From the NCBI GenBank assembly GCA_040954595.2, contig CM082580.2:7604390-7668389 (forward strand): DNA of 64,000 nt. The letters run 5' to 3'. The stretch comes from Balanoglossus misakiensis. Lineage: Eukaryota > Animalia > Hemichordata. A model generated the notes under the pieces. It saw only the letters and a list, made by a program, of their open reading frames with translations. It had not been told where the DNA came from and did no database searches. Position 1 is the stretch's first letter, and each line of letters opens with the position of its first letter. Shown in pieces: positions 12,589 to 24,300 of this stretch. The position numbers and the translations under genes are program-made.

Positions 12589-14173
12589 ATGCAAACGTGC
12601 AACCGGGAACATCTCATGGCTTCCAGGCTGCATTTCAGAATTGTGGTGTTTTTTGTTAGTCTCCATGTGGTATTTTGGGTTGGTTTCAAAGCCGGCAGAT
12701 ATGCGCAGGACGACGCATCACACGAAAGTCTGTTGCCAGAATCAGATGGGCGGTTGGACGTGCAAAGGTAAGGCCATCATCTGTTATTGTTCACTCCAAC
12801 ATTTACCACATAAATTCTTAATTCAGCGAATCGTCGCCGTGTCGGCATATTGCAAAACATCTGGAGACTTTGCTGGGTGTAATTGGCGAAATTGCTAGGC
12901 GAATAAATAGCGTGTGTATAAAGACTTTGTATATAAACGGTTCATCGAATCCCATGGTGTTATGAAAACGAAATGGAGGTACGAAGGAAGATTTCTTGTA
13001 CCCGCCATCCAAACTGGTTCCTGCTGCATGGTGAATGACAGATGACATTATCAAATTTAAAGCAACCATGTTACTGATATAATTGAGGTGCTGTTCCGTT
13101 GCAGGGCACTACAAAACAAAGACGTCCCTGCGAGCCGAGAAGTGGCAAAGCAAACAGCCGTCGCAATGGAAACGTGTGAACCCGTGAAAAGATTAGTTTT
13201 CGTGAAAACTCACAAGACGGCCAGTACAACCACGGCCTCCATCATCGAGCGATTCGGGTACACGAGAAACCTGTCGTTTGTTGTGCCCCCGGATAGAAAG
13301 TACGGACCGCATATTCTATCCAGCAATCGCCGATTTACCCGCGCGATGATTGCAGACAGTCCCCTGCCACTGCACGGGGCTAAACATTACGACATGTTGA
13401 CCAATCACGTGAGGTACAACCGGCCTGAAATGGACGCCGTCATACCGAACGCCACTTACGTCACCATAGTACGTCACCCGGTGAAGCACTTCGAGTCCGG
13501 ATTTGGCTACTTTGGATGGGGGAGGTCGGTCGGGCAAGCAGACGACAAACTGGCCACGTTCATGGAAAATCCCCGGAAGTATCTGAACGACAAGGGGTAT
13601 TTTTGGTTCCAGAGTCACAACGGCCAACTTTTCGACCTCGGCATGGACACAGATGAAACTGACGATGACAAAATGGTGGATGCGAAAATTCAGGCCCTGG
13701 ATGACGAACTGGACCTGGTGCTCGTGGCGGACTACTTCGACGAATCTTTGTTGGTTTTGAAGAAACAGCTCTGCTGGACGTGGAATGATATTCTTTACAT
13801 TCCGAACGGTGTCAGGGGCAACACCCACCGGAAAACAGTCGGCGATGACACTCGACAGAAAATTCTCGCGTGGAACAAGTCTGATTTCAAACTCTATCAG
13901 CACTTCAATAAATCGCTGTGGCAGAAGATCGAGAAGTACGGGACCAGCTTTGAGAGCGATCTCACAGAGTTTAGGCAGAGACAACAGACGACAATGAACG
14001 AGTGCATCGACCGAACGTCGTTCGAGAAAAACGATGCGCGCGAACAGAGATACAAGTTGAGAACAAACGCCTCGGAGTTGTGTCGAAATCTTTGGAGGGG
14101 TGACGTCACTTTTACGGCCATGTTGCGCGACAGGCAACTGGAGGACAGAATAGTCCACCCTCCAAAGCATTGA
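12589..14173 (+). CDS. GAL3ST: Galactose-3-O-sulfotransferase B (~415 aa), tandem paralogue. Exons 12589-12767 and 13105-14173
   Basis: Motifs FVKTHKTASTT, YVTIVRHPVKHFES, DYFDESLLVLKKQLCW. Exon 1 encodes a transmembrane segment (IVVFFVSLHVVFWVGF). Same phase-2 intron as copy A. The start could instead be the ATG at 12616. Confidence 0.9.
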
Positions 14174-14693
14174 TGCGCGCCAACCTAAATGCCATCGCCA
14201 GATTGCGATTCTCATTGAAAAAAACAACAACACACGTCACTATACAGCACATGTACACCCGAATGGTCGATTCTACAAACATTGTGAGAAAACGTATGGT
14301 GTCGTTCTCTTGCCGACAGACCGAATGATGAGTGACACTGCAGCTATCGCTGGGCCCATTGCCTTCACCTGCACGGCTACCGCATGCGCAGAGTGCAGTC
14401 TGCGACGCAAATTCGGTCGTCTTCAACATTTTATTTCATCACTAATTCAGAAAAATAAATGCCTAGCCTCCCAAAGCTTTGTCTTATCGTTGAAGTCGAA
14501 GGTAGATGTCAAAAGAGGCCGAGGACATTGTAGTTCGGCAAGTGTGAAAGGCACAGCAATCGCTTAAATAATGAGTTTCTGTATAATATAGAGGCAATTA
14601 TTACACAAACGCCACGCTCTTCGACGGCCGATTTCCGATGGCGTTTGCTTTGTCGCTTTCAAAGTAAACACAGCTATCGTATGTAGTATGGAA

Positions 14694-14944
14694 AAACTGT
14701 GTTAACGCCATCTTGAAAATTTGCAGTGCATTGGGGGGGGGGGGGAGTAGCGTCTACAACCTATCCAATTTTCCAGCGGTTTTGTCAGATTTTCTTCAAG
14801 TAACGTTAGTAGTAGTAGTTACATGAAGAAAATCTGACTAAACCGCTGGAAAATGGATAGGTTGTAGACGCTACTCCCCCCCCAACCGGAACTCAATTGA
14901 CCCATAATGCACTGCAAATTTTCAAGATGGCGTTAACACAGTTT
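14694..14944. repeat. ~250-bp foldback inverted repeat (MITE-like hairpin)
   Basis: The left arm aaactgtgttaacgccatcttgaaaatttgcagtgcatt...cttcaagtaac matches the reverse complement of the right arm, with a ~13-nt loop and a ~20-nt insertion in the right arm. Confidence 0.85.
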
Positions 14945-15043
14945 ATCGTGTGTTGTGTTGTGGTGTAGTGTAGTGTAGTTTCCAACCATTCGCTGTTCAC
15001 GTGTGTACAGTGAAGTTGGCCTTGATCTTGGGTAGAACTGAGT

Positions 15044-15330
15044 TCATGCTGTCCCCGGTCTGCTGTACGTTGCCCGGATGTAGTCAGTCAGGTCGTGTCG
15101 GCCGGATTTGTTCAGCGCCTTGCAAAGCTTGGCCGTCTTATCCGCTGACCGGCGCTCACTGTTCCGCCACGATATCAACATGTCGAACGCCTGATCCTCG
15201 ATGCTGTTCGGGTTGTCGCGTTTTATGCGTTGCATTTTGGGTTGATCGAAACCGAGAAATGACCCGATTCTCTCGAATTCCAGACAGATTCTCTGTGCCA
15301 GGTTCCGCAAGTTTTCTTCGCTCATGGCGC
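15044..15330 (-). CDS. Death-domain exon of paralogue 2
   Basis: MSEENLRNLAQRICLEFERIGSFLGFDQPKMQRIKRDNPNSIEDQAFDMLISWRN...LCKALNKSGRHDL is a typical death-domain pattern. Confidence 0.9.
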
Positions 15331-18300
15331 CTAAAATTGAAACAAAAACGATGATTTTTTTCATGTCTTAACTCTTTTCGTCAGTATAGACACTGCGTAT
15401 GAAAAATGTTTAATTAATACATAAAGCATAATTCGATTAATGTTTTCGCGGTTACCTTCTATTTTCACTGCTGTCTTGCAAGATGTCTTCGGCCTGGGTG
15501 GTCCAAGATCCGCCTGTCAGTTTTACAGGGAGAGAAAAAAATCTTGATGTTACCTTATTTAGCAGTTTCGTTGACCACAAATTGTGAATGAATAAGGGCG
15601 CTCGACGACATCGCAGCATATTAATTTAGGCCATAGATGATATAACTTGGATAAAAAATTAGGATCAGTCACAAAGAAAAGAATATATTTGAATATCATA
15701 AATTTCCCAATTGATCGTGTAAATCAAAAATAAAACCACTCGTACCTTCGGCAGAAAAATTGGAAGCTTGTCGAGGAACTTTGCCGTCTCTTTAACTTCC
15801 ATCTGTTCTGCGTTTGAGTTGATGACTTCAACTTCTTTGGCATAGAATTCCACCGTTCCGATGTGGCTGTCCGACGCGAAGTTTCTGTACTGGTTCACCT
15901 CCTTGATGCGGAACTCCAGTCTGGTGGGGCGCCCTCTGTGGAAGACGAACTTCGTCTCCTCTTCGTCCACTCGGCAAATGTTGCCGGTGAACTTCATGAC
16001 GATCTCCTGGTCCTCCCGCAGCTCCACCGTTTTGCTCGGCTCCGGCGGACCGACGAACCCGTGCTTCGACAGCCGCTCCTCCAGGTGGTCGCACTGCTCG
16101 GCCGAGACGAGCTGCACCAGCGCGCGGTCCCTCTCGTACTCGTACTGGTGGAAGACGATGTTGACCAGCGAGGTTTTCGTCCACTGCTCGAAGGTGGCGG
16201 CGATCTTCGGTCTGTGCGCCTGGCCGGTGGAGGGCGACATTATCAGCAGCAACCTGAAGGGAAGAAAAATACGTGTCCAAGCAAGATTTTTTTTGCTGTA
16301 AAGTAGTAAGTGAATCGATATCAAGAAGTCTCTACCAGAAAACTTAAGTTAGAGCGACCACGCGGATCATATCTCTGTGCTATGGAAAACCCCAGAAAAT
16401 GAGTTCTTACATATCTATAGGCTTCTCCAGTTGAAATTCCACCACATCGTTTTTCAGGACGGTTGTCTCGATGACACTGCCGGAGAACTCCTTCCAAGGC
16501 TCGGTGCCGCTCCGTCCCATCACGTGAGGCACGTAGTCCAATCCCTGGCCTTCCCTGCTCTTCCTCAGTCCCGGCTCCACCGACGTGGCGGGTCTGTTCT
16601 GCGGCGGCGGCGGTTGGGGTTTGGGGTGCGCCCCGCTGGCGCTTCTCTCCTTGTCCTCCTGTCGAATGGTGGAGTTCGGCAGAGGGATCCTCACCGTCAT
16701 CGCTTTGTAGAATTTGGGCGACGGGAAGTAGGACAGATACACGATCGGGCTGCAGGACTCGACGTCGCCAAACTTGTCATCAAGTCTGTCTTTCACTTGG
16801 GTGAACGAGACCGCATCGATGCTTTGTACCTGCCAGGCAAAAGGCCAAAACACGATGCAATAATGTCGTTAGATGATATGCTCCAATCTAAAAAAGTGGT
16901 GTGGTGTGGTGTGGTGTGGTGTGGTGTGGTGTGGTGTGGTGTGGTGTGGTGTGGTGTGGTGTGGTGTGGTGTGGTGTGGTGTGGTGTGGTGTGTGTGGTG
17001 TGGTGTGGTGTGGTGTGGTGTGGTGTGGTGTGTGGTGTGGTGTGGTGTGGTGTGGTGTGGTGTGGTGTGGTGTGGTGTGGTGTGGTGTGGTGTGGTGTGG
17101 TGTGGTGTGGTGTGGTGTGGTGTGGTGTGGTGTGTGTGGTGTGGTGTGTGTGGTGTGGTTGTGGTGTGGTGTGGTGTGGTGTGGTGTGGTGTGGTGTGGT
17201 GTGGTGTGGTGTGGTGTGGTGTGGTGTGGTGTGGTGTGGTGTGGTGTGGTGTGGTGTGGTGTGGTGTGGTGTGGTGTGGTGTGTGTGGTGTGGTGTGGTG
17301 TGGTGTGGTGTGGTGTGGTGTGGTGTGGTGTGGTGTGGTGTGGTGTGGTGTGGTGTGGTGTGGTGTGGTGTGGTGTGGTGTGGTGTGGTGTGGTGTGGTG
17401 TGGTGTGGTGTGGTGTGTGTGGTGTGGTGTGGTGTGGTGTGGTGTGGTGTGGTGTGGTGTGGTGTGGTGTGGTGTGGTGTGGTGTGGTGTGGTGTGGTGT
17501 GGTGTGGTGTGGTGTGGTGGTGTGGTGTGGTGTGGTGTGGTGTGGTGTGGTGTGGTGTGGTGTGGTGTGGTGTGGTGTGGTGTGGTGTGGTGTGGTGTGG
17601 TGTGGTGTGGTGTGGTGTGGTGTGGTGTGGTGTGGTGTGTGTGGTGTGGTGTGTGTGGTGTGGTGTGGTGTGGTGTGGTGTGGTGTGGTGTGGTGTGGTG
17701 TGGTGTGGTGTGGTGTGGTGTGGTGTGGTGTGGTGTGTGTGGTGTGGTGTGGTGTGGTGTGGTGTGGTGTGGTGTGGTGTGGTGTGGTGTGGTGTGGTGT
17801 GGTGGTGTGGTGTGGTGTGGTGTGGTGTGTGTGGTGTGGTGTGGTGTGGTGTGGTGTGGTGTGGTGTGGTGTGGTGTGGTGTGGTGTGGTGTGGTGTGGT
17901 GTGGTGTGGTGTGGTGTTGTGTGTGTGGTGTGGTGTGGTGTGGTGTGGTGTGGTGTGGTGTGGTGTGGTGGGTGTGGTGTGGTGTGGTGTGGTGTGGTGT
18001 GGTGTGGTGTGGGTGTGGTGTGGTGTGGTGTGGTGTGGTGTGGTGTGGTGTGGTGTGGTGTGGTGTGGTGTGGTGTGGTGTGGTGTTGTGTGGTGTGGTG
18101 TGGTGTGGTGTGGTGTGGTGTGGTGTGGTGTGGTGTGGTGTTTGTGGTGTGGTGTGGTGTGGTGTGGTGTGGTGTGGGTGTGGTGTGGTGTGGTGTGGTG
18201 TGGTGTGGGTGTGGTGTGGTGTGGTGTGGTGTGGTGTGGTGTGGTGGTGTGGTGTGTGTGGTGTGGTGTGGTGTGTGTGGTGTGGTGTGGTGTGGTGTGG

Positions 18301-21300
18301 TGTGGTGTGGTGTGGTGTGGTGTGGTGTGGTGTGTGTGTGGTGGTGTGGTGTGGTGTGGTGTGGTGTGGTGTGGTGTGGTGTGGTGTGGTGTGGTGTGGT
18401 GGTGTGGTGTGGTGTGGTGTGGGTGTGGTGTGGTGTGGTGTGGTGTGGTGTGGTGTGGTGTGGTGTGGTGTGGTGTGGGTGTGGTGTGTGTGGTGTGGTG
18501 TGGTGTGGTGTGGTGTGGTGTGGTGTGGTGTGGTGTGGTGTGGGGTGGTGTGGTGTGGGTGGTGTGGTGTGGTGTGGTGTGGTGTGGTGTGGTGTGGTGT
18601 GGTGTGGTGTGTTGTGGTGTGGTGTGGTGTGGTGTGGTGTGGTGGTGTGGTGGGGTGTGGTTGGTGTGTGGTGTGGTGTGGTGTGGTGTGGTGTGGTGTG
18701 GTGGTTGGTGTGGTGTGGTGTGGTGTGGTGTGGTGTGGTGTGGTGTGGTGGTGGTGTGGTGTGGTGTGGTGTGGTGTGGTGTGGTGTGGTGTGGTGTGGT
18801 GTGGTGTGGTGTGGTGTGGTGTGGGTTGTGTGTGTGGTGTGGTGTGGTGTGGTGGGTGTGGTGTGGGTGGTGTGGTGTGGGGTGGTTGGTGGTTGGTGGT
18901 GTGGTGTGTGGTGTGGTGGTGTGGTGTGGTGTGGTGTGGTTGGTGTGGTGTGGTGTGGTGTGGTGTGGTGTGGTGTGGTGTGGTGTGGTGTGGTGTGGGT
19001 GTGGTGTGGTGTGGTGTGGTGTGGTGTGGGTGGTGTGGTGTGGTGTGGTGTGGTGTGGTGTGGTGTGGTGTGGGTGTGGTGTGGTGTGGTGTGGTGTGGT
19101 GTGGTGTGTGTGGTGTGGTGTGGTGTGGTGTGGTGTGGTGTGGTGTGGTGTGTGTGGTGGGTGTGGTGTGGTGTGGTGTGGTGTGGTGTGGTGTGGTGTG
19201 GTGTGGTGTGGTGTGGTGTGGTGTGGTGTGGTGTGGTGTGGTGTGGTGTGGTGTGGTGTGGTGTGGTGTGGTGTGGTGTGGTGTGGTGTGGTGTGTTGTG
19301 GTGTGGTGTGGTGTGGTGTGGTGTGGTGTGGTTGGTGCTGTGCAGTGCTGTGCTGTGCTGTGGTGTGCTGTGCTGTGCTGTGCTGTGGTGTGCTGTGCTG
19401 TGCTGTGCTGTGGTGTGCTGTGGTGTGCTGTGCTGTGCTGTGCTGTGGTGTGCTGTGGTGTGCTGTGCTGTGCTGTGCTGTGCTGTGCTGTGCTGTGCTG
19501 TGCTGTGCTGTGCTGTGCTGTGCTGTGCTGTGCTGTGCTGTGCTGTGCTGTGCTGTGCTGTGCTGTGCTGTGCTGTGCTGTGCTGTGCTGTGCTGTGCTG
19601 TGCTGTGCTGTGCTGTGCTGTGCTGTGCTGTGCTGTGCTGTGCTGTGCTGTGCTGTGCTGTGCTGTGCTGTGCTGTGCTGTGCTGTGCTGTGCTGTGCTG
19701 TGCTGTGCTGTGCTGTGCTGTGCTGTGCTGTGCTGTGCTGTGCTGTGCTGTGCTGTGCTGTGCTGTGCTGTGCTGTGCTGTGCTGTGCTGTGCTGTGCTG
19801 TGCTGTGCTGTGCAGGGTTACTCACCTCGATGGAGACCTCTGTTGGAGACCGGAATGTCTGCAGAGGGTAGGTGACACTCACTCGCCTGTCCACCGATGA
19901 ATGCAGGGTACCTCCCTGTCGGTCCATTCTCGCGTGGTCTCGCGCCATCCTCGAAATCGCGGCAAACGTGGAGAATTTGTTGATCCTCACTTCCGCGAAC
20001 GCTTTTCCCTGGAAGAAAAGCGAATTGTGAAGTCAGTCAGCTAAAGACAGTGCCCCAGTATTTACTGTAATCGTCATGGTTCCACTTTTTACGAGGTTTT
20101 GCAAACACTTGCTTTTACAATATTCAGACCGAGTTAGTCGTGTCAACTTGAAACATCGCTGACACCTTACAATCATGAAAAAAAATCACCTTAAATTCGT
20201 CGAAGGAACGGTCTGTTGAATTCGTCGACATGAGCCTCCAGGTCTTGCCAGTTGTGGTCGTCTTGACAACGATCTCCCGGTCTCTGGTGCGCAGGGACGC
20301 GTCGTACGGGATTGCGACCAGTGCAAACTTGGACAGAGTGATGTTCTGCGGCTCCAGTCTGATGACGTGGCTGAAGGGCATTTCTCTCATTCCGATGGCG
20401 CCCTTCAAAAGATGATCTTCGGCCGTGCACATGATCGGAATGCCGTCGAGGACGCCGTTCGGAGCCCTGATTACGCAGAGGAGCTGGTCTTCGATTTCGT
20501 CGTTGTCAATGTAATACCTAAAAAATTCAATTATATCAATCGTCAATATTTCGATTTATCAATACATAGATATACATTATATACACTTGGCTACCCTTGC
20601 AAAAAAAATCATATCATATATCTCACCTTCGACAGTCCCACTTTTTCGGATTTTTGTTATCCATCTCGCCGATACATGAGTGCAACCGATTGGCCAGCTC
20701 GTCTAGTTTGGAGATGACCTTCTTCATCTCAGCGGCGCACTGTTCGACTTCCTTGGCAGCTTCGTCAATTTCGTCGGCGCCAAACTTCTCTTGTCTGGTC
20801 ATGAGGTAGAGTTGCTCGATGGTCTTGGCGCTGCTCTTCTGCGTTTTGACGGCGGCCTCCGTCTTCTCCTTCAGTGTCTTGAGCACCTCCAACACGCTCT
20901 CTATGGCCTTCCTGGCCTCGTCCGTGTCGCGTCCGCAGTCGTCGACCGCCGTGTTGGTCGTCTCGATCGTGCTGGCCGCGTCTTTTCCCGCCCGATCGCA
21001 GTCGCGCGCCGTTTCTTTAGCGTCTTGCAGTATCGCCCGGGCTTTTTCTACGGCCTGCGTTCTCTTCTGACTGTTGATCATCTTTTGAGCATGCGTGTTG
21101 TAGTTGTGGCAAGCCTCGACATCCACTTCGACTTCGCCTGTGAGCTTGTGGATGTCTTCGGCGAGTTTCTCCAGATTGCTCTCGAACGCCTTCAGTTCTC
21201 CCTCGGACAGGTGCGACTGCGCGTCCAGAATCTGAGACCGAGTGCTGCCGAGCGTTTCCGAGGCCCTGCCTGCCTCCTCCTTGGCTTTGCTTGCCCGGAG

Positions 21301-24300
21301 GTTGGCCTTTTCGCTCCCGCTCTTCAGCTGTTCTTTGCATTCCTCGTCGCCGATTCCAAAACTCTCCAATTCCTCGACCAAGCGGTGCGCTGTACTCGCA
21401 GCCCCGTCTGCGGCACCTATGCACTTCTGCAGCCACTCGATGGCGTCCTCGGCCTTCTTGGCGCTCCACGCGGCTTCCTGTCGCGCTTTCTTGGCGGCGA
21501 GACTCGCCAAGAAGTCGGCGATGACGACTTTCATCTCCTCCGAAATGGACTGCACCACGTCGCGGTGTTTCGTGATCTCTTGGAAGTTGTCCTCCGACTT
21601 GCCGAAGATCTTCTGCATCTCCTCGTTGCTCTCTCTCCTCTTGTACTTGTCTTCCGCCTCCTGGAGTATGTTCCCCGCCAGCTCCATCAGTTCCTTTGCC
21701 CTGTTCGTGTTGTCTCGGCTGTTTTTCTCCATCTTCTCGACTTGTCGGTAGATCTCGGGATTGACCGGCACCACTGCGCGGTCCTCCTTGCTGTCTTGCT
21801 GCGACTTGACTGCACTGCTGGCGCCTCGGTTCTGCGCCGTGACGGACGCTTTGCGGGAAGACGCCGCTCTAGTGTCCGGCGCCTCCGGGTGCAGGATCAT
21901 GTTCACGATGGACGACCGTCTCGAGGCTTGCTTCGTCAGCGTCGCTCCCCTCGTCACGTCGGCGACGCTGGCCTTAATCCTCGTGGTGTCCTCCACCTGT
22001 CGTTTGAAAGCGTCGACGTCTTTGCAAAGTCTCTTGTACAGCCTGTTGGCAATGTCGACGGCGGCGTGGCACTCCTTGGCGTGGCAGCGGATTTTCTCCA
22101 GCGCCTTCTGCTTCCCCAGAATGTCCACTGCGATTGTCAGGATCCCCTTACACTCGGATGTGGCGGTTCTGGCTTTGCCGACCACGTTCTGGATGTCCCT
22201 TGTGAGTGACTGCACGCCGTCCATGTGCTCTTTCTCTGTCTCGGGCGCCACGTGCTCTGTCTTCGCTTTCTCGAGATTTCGGACACCTTCTTCCAGCTTG
22301 CTCGTCAACTTCTCCGTCTCCTTGGAGAACTTCGACAGGTTGTCGCTCATCTTCTTCAGATCCTGCGCCAGTTTCGAGCTCTCGTCCGTGTCCTGCTTGA
22401 TGAGTTCGGACGTTTTGCTGCACTCCGTCGCGGTGTCGGCAGATTTCTTCGCGTCTTCCGTGAATCTCGGCATGAGCTCGTCGGTCTCTTTGACGAGTTT
22501 CCAACACTCGTCGTTTTCGAGCTCCTTCTCAACCAGAATCCGGAGCGCGTTCGCGTGTTTCTGCGCAGCCTCGAATGTACTGTCCGCCTCTTTTGCGCAT
22601 GCCTCCACCTCCTTGTTCAGTTCCGTGATGTTGAAAACGGCTACCTGTAGGTCACCGACGGAACTCTTCGACTCCAGCATGTCCTTGACGCCCTGGAATT
22701 TGGTTTGCAGGAGGTTGTTCTTCTCGTTTGTCGTATCCCCTAGCTCCTGTAATTTTTCCCTGGCCTTGTGAACTTCTTGTAAATCCGACAAGAATTCGTC
22801 TTCTTCCAGGTTACTCCCGCGAACCTTTGGTTCGAGTTCGTCGACGGACGCGCTGGCCGAGTTGAGGATTTCTTCAACATTCTCCGTTGAAGTCTTGGAC
22901 TTCTCCGCCACCTCGCTCGCCTCGTCATAAAGTTGGTTCTTTGTGTCTCTGTCCTTCTGGATGGCTGCTTTCGCCTTCTCCGTGATCGCCAACGCCTCTT
23001 TGGCGTCTCTCGCCACTTCTTCTGCCGCGCCTGCGGCTTGCTTCCTCAAGGCGGCCACTTTCGCGAACGGGTCCTCATCCTCGTTCGCGGCCATCATTTC
23101 GGCGGACGTTTCCTGCAGTCTGGCCACCAGCGTCTCCAGTTCGTCGCATGTCGACTTGGCCGTTTCTGAGGACTCGCCGACGGAACTTGCAAGTTTCTCC
23201 GCGCGTTCCAGCAGCTCCGTCAACTGTCCGTCGTCGTCGACTCTGCTGGCGCCCTCTTTGGCCTCCGTAATCTCTTTGTTGACCTCTTCTCCCGTCACCC
23301 TGGTTTGATCGGTAATAACCTTCATTTCTTCAATGGCCTGTTTCCCGTTACTCAGCACTTCTTCTCTCTGTTTCTCGTAGAAATCGGTCAATATCGACCC
23401 GACTTCGGATTCCGATGTCTCCGAGAGTTTGTTGACCTCAGCCGCGGTTTCCGCGATCTTCTCTGCAGTGGCGGAGGTCGCGCTGCCCCGATCGACCAGA
23501 CTGACCAAAATTTGATCCATTTTATGCAACTGAGCAAGAACCATAGCTTTAAAGGGAAAGGAAAAATACATTTACCGTCACAGACCCTTGCCATAGAAAC
23601 GTATGACAACAAACAAGATGACGGCGACCATAGTCTTTGTCGGATATCGGGGAAAAAAGGCAGCAAATTGGGTTTAAAGAAGAGACAAAACTAAAGTCTA
23701 CTTATACGGTGCACATGAAATATGGAAGGGAGCGAAGGCAGTCCACTATTTGAATACGTCAACCGCACAATTTGTAGAACATTTGGATTGGATGTACATG
23801 TACATGTATGTTTGTACACACGAAATTACGCACATGCGCATAAGACGATCGTCGGCCTTTAACTGGAAAATTAACTTCAAAGGATTCGTACCTTCTGGCG
23901 CCTGATCCGTCGGCACGTCATCACCAGCTGATTCCCATTTTTCTGTTAGGAATAAAATATATCAAATGTAAGATAGTTAGTTGAAAACAGAAGTGACCCG
24001 CTCTGTTAATAGTTGGTCTGTATTTTGTGTAATTTCAGAAGAGATAGGATGGTCAGCGTACTGGTCCCGTATATCGTGCGAATTATTTCTTTCATTGTGT
24101 TCACCCCTACTATGCGAGTGGATTTAATGCTAGTGTCGAATGATCGATTCAACGGTATCATTTTCCCGCCATTGTCTGTGATCATATCGCCTTGCAAACT
24201 GATGGGATTCTGTCCGGCGGCGTGTTATTGATGGAAAGCGTCCAGGTATTGATTTGCTGGTCGGTCGGTTTGTTTGTTTGTGTTGTTGCGCGGAATATTG

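Noticed and set aside
16896-19813. Possible telomeric array or CRISPR-like repeat
   Set aside because: The unit is not TTAGGG, the array is intronic, and there are no spacers or cas genes. The DNA is eukaryotic.
16377-19990. Four ORFs of about 1000-1160 aa (VVWCG / HHTTP / AVLCC repeats)
   Set aside because: They are translations of a stop-free pentamer satellite inside a GT-AG intron, open in several frames at once.
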